A stretch of 64,000 bases of DNA from Phycisphaerae bacterium (GTDB taxonomy: Bacteria > Planctomycetota > Phycisphaerae > UBA1845 > Fen-1342). This document shows positions 11,449 to 20,445 of this stretch, in pieces. The stretch lies in the NCBI GenBank assembly GCA_963675745.2, contig CAXXWX010000015.1, positions 1-64,000 of the forward strand, in the 5' to 3' direction. Each line of letters opens with the position of its first letter. The stretch's first letter is position 1. The translations under genes were made by a program, and so were the position numbers. The notes under the pieces are model-generated. The model was given only the letters and a program-made list of their open reading frames with translations, had not been told where the DNA came from and did not search any database.

Positions 11449-11883
11449 TTAGTCGAGTTTCACCAGGTCGCGGACCATCGGATGGTCTGCCAACTGACCG
11501 GTCTCAAGCCGCATTAGATTGCCCTCGAGTCCCTGAAGGAGTCCATTTGACAATCTGGGCCGGAATCTGCGCAGCACCCCGAGCATTCGAGGTGTGGCGA
11601 GTATAACCAAGCGACCGATCTTGTGCGTATCGACTCGCTTCTTCAGCCAACCCACGATCTGTCCGGCAAAACGTCGCTCCCTCTCCTCGGCGTCATGTGT
11701 CATTCCGTCCCCGGTCTGTGGCCGCAGGGGCTCACGTTCGGGAAACGTGTTCTCGAGCGCGTCATACTCGTCAACATGTTGCGTGCCTTGCTCAGTCAAG
11801 CGGCAGCACAAGAGCCGGCAATGCTCGGCGTCCGCCAGGGCAAACCACGCGTGGTTTCGTCGTTCCACATTCGTCTTACCCAT
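11449..11883 (-). CDS. Host-attachment / baeRF12-like protein
   Basis: WFALADAEHCRLL...ERERRFA...RLVILATPRMLGVLR pattern; GGAG RBS. Confidence 0.65.
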   Translation of the reverse strand: MGKTNVERRNHAWFALADAEHCRLLCCRLTEQGTQHVDEYDALENTFPEREPLRPQTGDGMTHDAEERERRFAGQIVGWLKKRVDTHKIGRLVILATPRMLGVLRRFRPRLSNGLLQGLEGNLMRLETGQLADHPMVRDLVKLD

Positions 11884-12118
11884 CGGTGTTCTCCTTGCAA
11901 CTCAACCTGCATCCGGCCTGCCACCGGAGCGAGTCCATTTTCACACGTCCCAACGATGGACTGGGAAGTCGTCACCGGCCTCCAAGCTCAGCTTGCCGGT
12001 CCCGTCATGAACCTCCAGCACCGTATCCTCGACAAGGCGCTCGACGCCGTTGGCGCGTCCGACAACCGCGGATTCACGGTTCCTGCCCGCCAAGACCAAC
12101 GTGGCAGAACCTCCATTT

Positions 12119-12538
12119 CTATGATTGATCGCCCGGTTTACTCCCGCTCCAGGTGTCCGCGGGTACGCTATGGGCGAGCTGGTACACCTGTACTGTGTTG
12201 CCGGTCGTGAAGACTCCCACCACGGTGCCGGTAGTCGGCTCGACTTCCGCGGTAGCCTCACGCACCTCCACGCCAGTGATCCGCTTGATCTCCTGCCGCA
12301 ACGACTCGGAGGCGTTGGCGAACAACTGTCGGTGAAAGTCCTGTATCTGCGCGGCACCCTCGGGGCTTTTCGCCACGGCCCGCTCGGCCTCCGACAAGGC
12401 CCCGTGCAGCGTGATCACCAGCGTGGTGTCGCTCAGCACCACGGTCACGGACTTGGGCGTGTTACCCGTCCGTTGCTGCTCGAAAAGACAGGCCGCCTGT
12501 GCAATCTGGCGCGCCATCTCTGAATTGGGCTTGTCCAT
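12119..12538 (-). CDS. DUF2294 (MpsC-like) protein
   Basis: FEQQRTGNTPKSV...LVITLHGALSEAERAV...QEIKRITGVEV; AAGGAG RBS; paralog at 14417. Confidence 0.85.
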   Translation of the reverse strand: MDKPNSEMARQIAQAACLFEQQRTGNTPKSVTVVLSDTTLVITLHGALSEAERAVAKSPEGAAQIQDFHRQLFANASESLRQEIKRITGVEVREATAEVEPTTGTVVGVFTTGNTVQVYQLAHSVPADTWSGSKPGDQS

Positions 12539-12583
12539 GGCGTTTCTCCTTGGACGCGGCGGCCGTCCACGACTGCCGCAAAC

Positions 12584-12708
12584 AAAAAAGCCGACGTGGT
12601 TGAAGATCCTCAGGGGCTCAACCACGTCGGCTTGCTGTTCAACGAGCCTCCCGGCCGGGCCGGGTTGCTCTTCGCTTGGCCATCCGACTCGAATCGTGAT
12701 CGGAGCCG
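12584..12708 (-). promoter_or_regulatory. Structured cis-regulatory RNA candidate with intrinsic terminator, copy A
   Basis: Nearly gap-free homology with 14069-14196; compensatory stems; ends in GCCGACG...CGTCGGCTTTTTT about 45 nt before the DUF2294 start. Confidence 0.7.
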
Positions 12709-12781
12709 AATCCAACATCGCCCGCGGCTCCGTACATCTTCTGCTGGCCGCATGAATGCCGACCAGCATCTACAGCGCAGG

Positions 12782-13756
12782 TTACGAGCGGATACGCTCC
12801 CTCGGAACAGAAGGCGTGACCGCCCGCTGGGCCACCTGGCCCAGTTCCGCCAACCCGTGTTTTCCTTCTTCCGCTCGGCGTCGTCCGTTTCCGTCCGTCA
12901 GCGGCAAGACGCCGGCCATCTCTCCGATCACATTGACCAGTTCACAGCCTGACGGAACGACAATCTTGGCATTGTGGCTCAGTGCATTCTCGAGAGCCTC
13001 CAGCTTCCTCAGAAGCTGCGCGTTTCCAACAAAGTACGTGTTCGCCGCCTCATTCACGAGTTTTATCGCTTGGGCCTCGCCCTCGGCTGCCAGAATCTTG
13101 GCCTGCCGGACGCCTTCGGCCTTCTTGATCTCCGCCCGCTTTTCCCCGTCCGCCTGTCGTTCGACGGCGTTCGCGAAATCCAAGGCGGCCACCTTCTCGT
13201 TCTCCGCCTTGACCACCTTGTTCATCGTCTCCTGGACGTCCTGGGGAGGGTCTATTTCCTTCAGCTCGGTCCTGACGATGGACATGCCCCAGCTCATGGT
13301 TTCCTTGCTCAACGTTCTCAGAAGCGCGCCGTTGATGTTGTCGCGTTCGCTGTTCGCGGACTTCAGCGTCAACGTGCCGATGATATTGCGGAGCGTCGTA
13401 CGAGCCAAACTCACAATCTGACTCTGGTAGTTGTTGACGTGGTACTGGGAACTCTTAACGCTGGCCTCGTCGTCCTTCACCTTGAAGTAGACTTGGGCAT
13501 CCACCCGGGCGTTGAGGTTGTCGTTGGTGATAATCTCCTGCGGCTGGGCATCAACCATCTGCTCCGTCGTGTTGACCTGGATCATCCTGTCAATGACGGG
13601 GATGATCCAGTTGAAGCCCGGACTCGCAAAGCGCCGGTACTTGCCGAGTCGCTCGACGAGTCCCTTGTGCGTGGGGCGGACAATCCTGATGCCCGAGAAA
13701 AAGATCAGTACCGGAACGACAACTACGAAGATCACTGCATACACGATCGGATCCAT
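12782..13756 (-). CDS. SPFH/band 7 (stomatin/QmcA-like) membrane protein
   Basis: N-terminal TM helix; VERLGKY...PGFNWIIP, QEIITNDN and AEGEAQAI coiled-coil motifs. Confidence 0.92.
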   Translation of the reverse strand: MDPIVYAVIFVVVVPVLIFFSGIRIVRPTHKGLVERLGKYRRFASPGFNWIIPVIDRMIQVNTTEQMVDAQPQEIITNDNLNARVDAQVYFKVKDDEASVKSSQYHVNNYQSQIVSLARTTLRNIIGTLTLKSANSERDNINGALLRTLSKETMSWGMSIVRTELKEIDPPQDVQETMNKVVKAENEKVAALDFANAVERQADGEKRAEIKKAEGVRQAKILAAEGEAQAIKLVNEAANTYFVGNAQLLRKLEALENALSHNAKIVVPSGCELVNVIGEMAGVLPLTDGNGRRRAEEGKHGLAELGQVAQRAVTPSVPRERIRS

Positions 13757-13788
13757 AAGACGGTCCTTTCACATCAGTGTCGTGAAGT

Positions 13789-14055
13789 TCATGCGTGCGA
13801 GGCCGAGCGACGGATGGCATGCCAGACTGCCAGGAACAACACCGCCCCGACCACCGCGACCAGGAGGCTCCAGAGATTGAAGCCCGTCACGCCGGCAGAT
13901 CCGGCCGCGCTGAAGATCCAACCGCCAATCACTGCGCCGACGATGCCGAGCAGAATGTCAAACGCGAGTCCCTCGCCGCGCTTGTTTACCAGCGTGCTGG
14001 CAATGTAGCCGGCGATAAGCCCCAACACGATCCAGCCGATTACTCCCATGACCAT
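13789..14055 (-). CDS. GlsB/YeaQ/YmgE family stress-response membrane protein
   Basis: WIVLGLIAGYIAS...DILLGIVGAVIGG...SLLVAVVGAVL; GAGGAG RBS. Confidence 0.92.
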   Translation of the reverse strand: MVMGVIGWIVLGLIAGYIASTLVNKRGEGLAFDILLGIVGAVIGGWIFSAAGSAGVTGFNLWSLLVAVVGAVLFLAVWHAIRRSASHA

Positions 14056-14068
14056 GGCTTGACTCCTC

Positions 14069-14196
14069 AAAAAAAAAGCCGACGCAACAGAGCACCGTAG
14101 AGTGCTCGATCACGTCGGCATACTTTTCATCGGGCCGTCCGGAAAACCCGGAGTGCCCTTTATTCAGTCATCCGATTTACGTGCCGATCGGAGCCG
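14069..14196 (-). promoter_or_regulatory. Structured cis-regulatory RNA candidate with intrinsic terminator, copy B
   Basis: Homologous to 12584-12708. The terminator hairpin and T9 tract lie directly before the GlsB-family RBS. Confidence 0.7.
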
Positions 14197-14416
14197 CCTC
14201 GCAGTTCGGGTGGCTCCACTCAGCGATGGAAGTATACCACGCCGGAGAAGGAAAGCAACTGGATTCCCGAACCGCTCCGGATATGATGCCTCTCAGGCCA
14301 ACCGGAAGGCAAGGCCGCCGGGTGCGTGTTCAGCGAGTCTGGCGGACCAGGAACAGCGTTTTTAGGCCGGAATCGCCGGTGGCCGGTCCACCGCTGACCC
14401 AGATAGGAAGGCCTCC

Positions 14417-14797
14417 ATGAGAACCCAAGGCGAAATCGAAGCCGCCATTTCCCAGGGGATCGGTCGCTTTGAACAGGAATTCATGGGCCGGGGCCCCAAG
14501 AACATTCAAACCCATCTGATCGGTGATCTGCTCGTGGTCCGCCTCCAGGGCGTATTGACCGCGGCCGAACAGCACCTGGTCAAGTCGCTTCCAGGTGAAA
14601 AGGGCCGGGACCTGCTCAAACAGGTCAGGACCCAGTTGATCGAAACGGCGCGGCCGATGATCGAGGCGATGGTCCAGGAGATCACCGGGGGCCGCGTAGC
14701 GAGCCTCCACCACGACGTCAGCACCGTCAGCGGCGAAGAGGTCGTGATCTTCAGCCTGACCGATTCGCCGCTCACACGCCCAACGAAGAAGCAATAG
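14417..14797 (+). CDS. DUF2294 (MpsC-like) protein
   Basis: FEQEFMGRGPKNI...LVVRLQGVLTAAEQHL...LHHDVSTVSGEEVVIFSL. Confidence 0.9.
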   Translation: MRTQGEIEAAISQGIGRFEQEFMGRGPKNIQTHLIGDLLVVRLQGVLTAAEQHLVKSLPGEKGRDLLKQVRTQLIETARPMIEAMVQEITGGRVASLHHDVSTVSGEEVVIFSLTDSPLTRPTKKQ

Positions 14798-14806
14798 CCT
14801 CCTCGA

Positions 14807-14898
14807 CAGAATCTGCGGATCGTGTCAGCTTCTGGACGTTCACAGGAAGCCATGACGCTGCACGACCTGCGCTGAAGTCTTGCTTGAGTGGCGAAGGT
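14807..14898 (+). repeat. 92-bp intergenic repeat, copy 1 (upstream of atpG)
   Basis: 79/92 identical to 16182-16273 by manual alignment; can form a long stem. Confidence 0.85.
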
Positions 14899-14904
14899 AG
14901 ACTG

Positions 14905-15834
14905 ATGGTACAAAGACGCGCAATTCTGAAGCGCAAGAAAGCAGCGCAGACCATCGGCAAAATCACCCGGGCGATGGCAATGGTCGCCAGCCTGAAGCTC
15001 CAGAAGTTGCGGAAGCGGATGCTCGCCGCCGCGCCTTACGCGCAGAAGCTCCGTGAGATGGTCGCCGTACTTGCCGCGCATGTCGGAGAACTGCAGCACC
15101 CTTTTCTCCGACCGCCCACCGTTGAGAACTCCGCTAAACGAGTCGTCCTCCTCGTCATCACGAGTAATCGTGGCCTGGTCGGGGCGTACAACAGCAATGT
15201 GCTGCGCATGGCGTCGGATTTCATCCGCCGGCGGGAGGCCGAGAACATAGCCGTCGAGGTTCACGTCACGGGAAATAAAGGCGTCGCGTATTTTGCATTT
15301 CACGGGCGTCCGCTCGCGCAGCGATACGATCAATCGGGTGATCTACCCACGCTGGCCGATGTGGAAGCAACCGCTGCCCGGTTCGCCGACCGGTTCACAT
15401 CCGGGCAAATCGACTCGGTCCACGTGGCGTACACGAACTTCGTCAGCGCCGGTTTGCATCGGCCGGAACTGCTTACCCTGTTGCCGATGGCGGCCTTGAC
15501 CGGCGCCGCGGCCGGAACCGGTGGCCAGCCATTAACATCACCAGGCAAGACCGGCAGCGCCGTCATGTATGACTTCTCGCCCGATCCGAACATCCTGCTG
15601 GGCGAGTTGCTGCCGCCCACGCTGAAGGCCTGCCTGTTGGGGTGTTTTCTGAACGCGGCCACGAGTGAGAATGCGGCACGGAGGATCGCTACGATGCGCG
15701 CCACCGAAAACGCCGACCAGATACTCAAGACCCTCACGTTGCGGTACAACCGCGCTCGCCAAAACGATATCACCGACGAGTTGATGATCATCGTCGGTGC
15801 TGCTGAAGCCATCAGAACTTCGGCGAACACCTGA
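14905..15834 (+). CDS. atpG: ATP synthase F1 gamma subunit (orphan)
   Basis: KITRAMAMVASLKL, ITSNRGLVGAYN and ATSENAARRIATMRATENA...YNRARQNDITDEL signature regions. Confidence 0.92.
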   Translation: MVQRRAILKRKKAAQTIGKITRAMAMVASLKLQKLRKRMLAAAPYAQKLREMVAVLAAHVGELQHPFLRPPTVENSAKRVVLLVITSNRGLVGAYNSNVLRMASDFIRRREAENIAVEVHVTGNKGVAYFAFHGRPLAQRYDQSGDLPTLADVEATAARFADRFTSGQIDSVHVAYTNFVSAGLHRPELLTLLPMAALTGAAAGTGGQPLTSPGKTGSAVMYDFSPDPNILLGELLPPTLKACLLGCFLNAATSENAARRIATMRATENADQILKTLTLRYNRARQNDITDELMIIVGAAEAIRTSANT

Positions 15835-16056
15835 TGAGTTACTTGAATCCGTGCTACGCGGCCGTCCTTTCCGAGGAAGCCCTGTTGGGCTGCACAGGTG
15901 CCACCCAGGCGCCATTCGCGAGCAAGAAAACTCTCTTGATGAACCAGCGTCCGGGCTTTCGAAAGGAGAAGCTATGAAGTGAGCCACCTCGGCCTTGCTT
16001 AGGACGTCGGGTTGCTTGTTTCGGTATCCAGGCAAACCAGCAAGAGGAGATGGTTC

Positions 16057-16185
16057 ATGTTCTATTGTGGGCTCGATTGGGCCATGAAGTCCAGCTACGT
16101 CTACATCACGGATTCGCAGGGCTGCAAGAAGCCAGCGGCGAAATGGAGACCGGTAAGGCGGCCCTCCACGGGCGGCTGCGGCAGA
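16057..16185 (+). mobile_element. IS110-family transposase N-terminal fragment
   Basis: MFYCGLDWAMKSSYVYITDSQG resembles the DEDD N-terminal GxD motif; frameshifted and truncated. Confidence 0.6.
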
Positions 16186-16273
16186 ATCTGCGGATCGTGT
16201 CAACCTCTGCGCCTTCACAGGCTGCCATGATGTTGTACGACCTGCTCTGATGTCTCGCTTGAGTGGCGAAGGT
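16182..16273 (+). repeat. 92-bp intergenic repeat, copy 2 (upstream of mgtE remnant)
   Basis: Homologous to 14807-14898. Confidence 0.85.
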
Positions 16274-16299
16274 CGGGTTGCCAGAAGAGGGATGATGCC

Positions 16300-16878
16300 A
16301 TGGAGCGAACTACGGAACGCACTGAACAGCTAGCCCAGTTCGTGGCCGCCGGCCAGAACGAGCGCGTGGCTGAAGAGCTTGGCTCTATCCACCCTGGCGA
16401 GGCGGCGGCCCTGCTCCGCGAGCTTCCTCAGGATTCGCACGTTGACACGCTGCTCGCTCTGCCTCCGGAGCAGGCCGCCAATATCTTGCATGGAACTGCC
16501 GGACGACATGGACCTTCTCCGGCCGCCGTTGTCATGGGCATGGAGCCGGACGCCGCCGCGCCGATCGTCCATGCGCTCGCGGGCGGTGGAGATGCAGACG
16601 GACGAGGAGGTGGACCTTCTCCAGGACGTATCGGCCGGCCATGCCGAGGCGATCCTCGATCGTGTCGATCAGGGAGACGCCGCCATCGCGCGCGCACTCC
16701 TGTCGTATGACCAGGACACGGCCGGTGGATTGATGCAGGCGGAGTTCATTGCCGTTCCGGCCGCGCGGCATGGCCGCGGGCTGGGGGACGCCGTGCGCCA
16801 GATGCGCTCGCGGGCGGTGGAATACGCCGACTACCCTGCTTCATACTTGTACATTGTTGACGATGACGGGCGCCTTGG
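16300..16878 (+). pseudogene. mgtE: Magnesium transporter MgtE N-terminal remnant
   Basis: HPGEAAALL...EMQTDEEVDLL...LLSYDQDTAGGLMQAEFIAV...YLYIVDDDGRL. Frameshifted, with no TM domain. Confidence 0.8.
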
Positions 16879-17387
16879 GCAGCACGGCGGAGGCGTTTCT
16901 GGGCGGGGGACTGAAGATGCTGATCCCGGACAGCCTGTACTGGCCGGGGATGGGCGTCGTGGCCGGGCTGGTCTTGGTATTCGTGATCGGCGCTCTGATG
17001 AGGGCATGGCTCTTTCGAAAGGTGTTTCGCTGGGGCGAGCGGCTTGTGGAGCGAATTCCCCTGGTGAAGGCGCTGTATGGGGCCGTGCGCGACCTGATGG
17101 GCTTCTTCTCGGGCTCCGACACGAAGGCGATACGCAGGGCCGTCATGGTGACTGTTGGGGACACCCCCGTACGCCTCATCGGTTTCATCACGCGAGAGGA
17201 CTTCGGCGACCTGCCGGTCGGGATCGGCGGCGACGACACCGTGGCGGTCTATCTGCCCATGAGCTACCAGATTGGTGGTTTTACGACGATGGTCCCGCGC
17301 TCGGCGATCCAACCTGTCGACATGTCCATCGAGCAGGCGATGCGGTTCGCCGTCACTGCGGGGATGGGCGAGGTGCAGGGAGGATAG
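16879..17387 (+). pseudogene. DUF502 membrane protein, 5'-truncated
   Basis: PGMGVV...RIPLVKALYGAVRDL...VAVYLPMSYQIGG...MSIEQAMRF; abuts the mgtE remnant. Confidence 0.7.
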
Positions 17388-17464
17388 GCAGGCAGTATGC
17401 ACGGTTCTGTCGCGCTGCGGCGCGGGCCAAGGGTCACTTGCGGCCCGAGTCGTTCGTGTAGCTC

Positions 17465-18580
17465 TCAGGTTCCTTGGGCCTCGCCCGGCCCGGTGTCGAT
17501 TTCGCCCATCTTCTTGTGGATTCGTTCGATACCCACGCGGACCTTCTCAAGGAAGCGATCGATTTGCTGTTCCGCGCCCGGCGGCGGAACACTCCATTCC
17601 GCCAGCACGTCGGCGAGTTCGAGCACGAACTCTGCCAGCCAATCCTCCTCATGAAGCCGAACCTCCTCCAGCACTTGCAGGTACGCTTTCTCGGCGCGGC
17701 GAAACTCGGCGCTTGTTTCCGGCACCGTACAGACGATGCGATGGAAGTCGTCTACCGCAGCGGCCAGCCGCTTCATCTTGGCCGCAACCGCACGTTCGCG
17801 CTCGATCAGCCTGTGGGTCGTTAGACGGTCTTCGTGCCCTTCATTGGCACCAAGGATTTCCTGCCGAATCCTCTCTAATCCGGGCTCATCGAGCAGCCGT
17901 GGGTGGGATACATGGATGGCGGAAAGCCGGCGCATCAACTTGGCCGCAGCTTCCGCCTCTCCGCGCCGTGCCGCTGCGAGGGCGTCCCGCGCCATCGTGC
18001 CGATCTGGCCGCGGAACTCCTCCAGTCGCGCTCGCAGCTTCTCGATTCGTTGTTCGTACCGCTCCAGATCGCCAGCCGACACGAACTCACTGCGCCGCCC
18101 ATGGAGCGTGCGCAACTGCGCGCACACGGTCCGGGCGGCAGCCTCGTCGCCGCTTTTCAGGGCCTCGCTCAAGTCCGCGACCAACTCGCGCAGCGCTGCC
18201 CGGTCCGGATCGGGCGCTGGCGGAGTAGGATCTGGCGGAGCCGGACGCGCCGCGGATTGGGACTCCGAGGCAAGGTCGGGACTCGTTCGCCAGCCGGATT
18301 CGTCACGCCGGGATGCCGAAGAGCGATACTCCGAGGGCGGCCTCGACGACGGCTGGACTCGTTGTTCACTCTGCTGCTCGCGCTGAAGCTCAGCCCGGCG
18401 CCGCTCCAACTCGGCTTGGACCATGCTCAGCAACTGCGCATCAGCCCGCACATCCCGGTCCTGTAGCGCCCGCGCACTAATCCGCTCCAGTGAACCCAGA
18501 TCCCGGCATTCGCGCATGATCAAGGACCGCCATCGTTGCAGGGCGGCGTCGCGCTGTTTGGCGGTCAGGTCCTCAGACAT
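17465..18580 (-). CDS. Hypothetical helical/coiled-coil protein
   Basis: Long ORF directly downstream of ptsP, with amphipathic helical composition and a Pro/Ser linker. Confidence 0.6.
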   Translation of the reverse strand: MSEDLTAKQRDAALQRWRSLIMRECRDLGSLERISARALQDRDVRADAQLLSMVQAELERRRAELQREQQSEQRVQPSSRPPSEYRSSASRRDESGWRTSPDLASESQSAARPAPPDPTPPAPDPDRAALRELVADLSEALKSGDEAAARTVCAQLRTLHGRRSEFVSAGDLERYEQRIEKLRARLEEFRGQIGTMARDALAAARRGEAEAAAKLMRRLSAIHVSHPRLLDEPGLERIRQEILGANEGHEDRLTTHRLIERERAVAAKMKRLAAAVDDFHRIVCTVPETSAEFRRAEKAYLQVLEEVRLHEEDWLAEFVLELADVLAEWSVPPPGAEQQIDRFLEKVRVGIERIHKKMGEIDTGPGEAQGT

Positions 18581-18614
18581 CGGGGCTTCCATTCCAGTCG
18601 AGCCGCCGGCGCGG

Positions 18615-20342
18615 TCACGGAAGTGACCCTCCACATCCGTCCGAAATACTGCCGCAGAAAGGCGCCAGAAGCCGCCGCACCTCGCCGGGCGTGCTGCAGC
18701 GCAGCGATTGGCTCGCGACATCTTCCGTCTCGCGGGAGCTTATGCCGCGGAGCATCTTGCGGACGCCGTCGCCTCGTGTGGGGCCCATGCTCAATTCACG
18801 CACGCCCAGGCCGACCAGCAGGCAGGCGAAAGCCGGGTCCGCAGCATCCTCGCCACAGACGGAGACCGGGCGATGCCGCGCCTGGGCCGCAGTCACAATT
18901 TGCTTGATGGCCTTCAGCACAGACGGATGATGGACCGTGTACTCGCTGGCCAAGTCGGGGGCATCCCGGTGGACGGCGAGCATGTAGTGGGTCAGGTCGT
19001 TTGTACCAATGGCCACGAAGTCGGCCAACTCGAGAATCTCCTCCAGCGCAAACAGCGCCGCCGGGGTCTCAACCATCGCGCCCACCTGCGGCCTCTGCTT
19101 GCCGCCCACCTGCTCGACCGCGACGGTCAGTGCCTCGCAAGCACGCCTCAGGTCGTCGCCGCCGACCACCATAGGAAAGAGCACGCGGACGTCTCTGCCC
19201 TGGGCTGCGTGAGCGATGGCCTGCAACTGCGTGTCGAGGAGGTCCCGTTCAGCCAACGAGAACTGCAGGCCTCGGAGCCCCCAGGTGACGGCGTTCCTGT
19301 GTTCAGCCGCCAGGAACAAGGGGACTTTCTCGTCGCCGAAATCGAAGGTCCGGATGACCAATGGCCGGCCGTTCAGCGCATCGGCCACCTGCTCATAGAT
19401 TTCCACCTGAGCCGCATAGCTCGGCCGTTGCGGCGCTTCGAGGAAAAGGAACTCCGTCCTGAACAGTCCCACACCCTCGAAATGATGCACGCAAGCCTGC
19501 TTCACCTCTTCGGGGCGCTCGATATTCGCGAGCAGAGTAACCTTGATCCCGTCTCGCGTGACGCACGGCTGCGCCCCCAGGTCAGCCACGGTAGTCTGCA
19601 CACGATCGTGCTGGTGTTTCCGCTCGCGGAAGTGCTGCATCTCCGCTTCCGTGGGAGCGAGGGTCACCTCACCCGAAATCCCATCGACGAGCAGGTGCAT
19701 CCCTGGCCGGATGTGGGCGGTGATCTCTGAGATGCCCACCACCGCCGGAATCCCGAGAGAACGAGCGACGATCGCGGTATGGCTGGTGTCGCTTCCAAGC
19801 TCGGTGACGATTGCGGCCAGGCCGCTGTGCGCGAATTCCAGGGCTTCCGATGGGAGCAGTTCGCGTGCGGCGATGATGGAGCCGGGCGGCAAGGGCGGGG
19901 TAGCCCGGAGCTGGTCCTCCGCAAGATGCCCAAGCATCCGCCGTCCCACGTCGCGGACGTCCTGCTCCCGCTCACGAAAACAGGCATTTTCGAGTCCGCC
20001 CAGTCGCTGGGCCAGCTCCTTGACTACCTCATCGACGGCCTGCTCGACGTTGACCTCTTCGCGCGAAACGTACTCTCGTACTAGAGATGCGATCTCCTGG
20101 ATCAGCCTGGCATGAAGCTGCGATATCTCGGAGGCAGCGCGGGGGGTTGACTCTCCCGCCTGCGCCAGTTCAGTACGGGAGCGCTCGACCGCCTCCTCCA
20201 ACCGTTTATGCTGGTCGTCGATCTCCGCCGGCGGGATCGCATACCGCGGGATTTCGAGCCTGGGGCGGACCTCGTAATCGTAGACGACTGCGGTGCCCTC
20301 GACGTATCCGGGCGAAACGGGTTTACCCTTGAGGAGGGACAT
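18615..20342 (-). CDS. ptsP: Phosphoenolpyruvate-protein phosphotransferase (PTS enzyme I)
   Basis: TSHTAIVARS phospho-His motif, GVGLFRTEFLF, IGTNDL and SVCGE. Confidence 0.92.
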   Translation of the reverse strand: MSLLKGKPVSPGYVEGTAVVYDYEVRPRLEIPRYAIPPAEIDDQHKRLEEAVERSRTELAQAGESTPRAASEISQLHARLIQEIASLVREYVSREEVNVEQAVDEVVKELAQRLGGLENACFREREQDVRDVGRRMLGHLAEDQLRATPPLPPGSIIAARELLPSEALEFAHSGLAAIVTELGSDTSHTAIVARSLGIPAVVGISEITAHIRPGMHLLVDGISGEVTLAPTEAEMQHFRERKHQHDRVQTTVADLGAQPCVTRDGIKVTLLANIERPEEVKQACVHHFEGVGLFRTEFLFLEAPQRPSYAAQVEIYEQVADALNGRPLVIRTFDFGDEKVPLFLAAEHRNAVTWGLRGLQFSLAERDLLDTQLQAIAHAAQGRDVRVLFPMVVGGDDLRRACEALTVAVEQVGGKQRPQVGAMVETPAALFALEEILELADFVAIGTNDLTHYMLAVHRDAPDLASEYTVHHPSVLKAIKQIVTAAQARHRPVSVCGEDAADPAFACLLVGLGVRELSMGPTRGDGVRKMLRGISSRETEDVASQSLRCSTPGEVRRLLAPFCGSISDGCGGSLP

Positions 20343-20445
20343 AGAGCACCTCGTCCAATGGTCATTGAAGACGCCCGACAGCGCCGACGCAAGGGGGATG
20401 AAGCCGCTCCGCGTGCGCCGGGCGGGGCCGACCAGGCCACAAAAG

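Noticed and set aside
12596..14365. Similar plus-strand ORFs 12596..12952 and 14102..14365 (HVGxLFxxPxG...SD) as a small protein family
   Set aside because: The similarity is confined to the antisense of the RNA leader, several changes are base-pair compensatory, and the ORFs differ in start and length.
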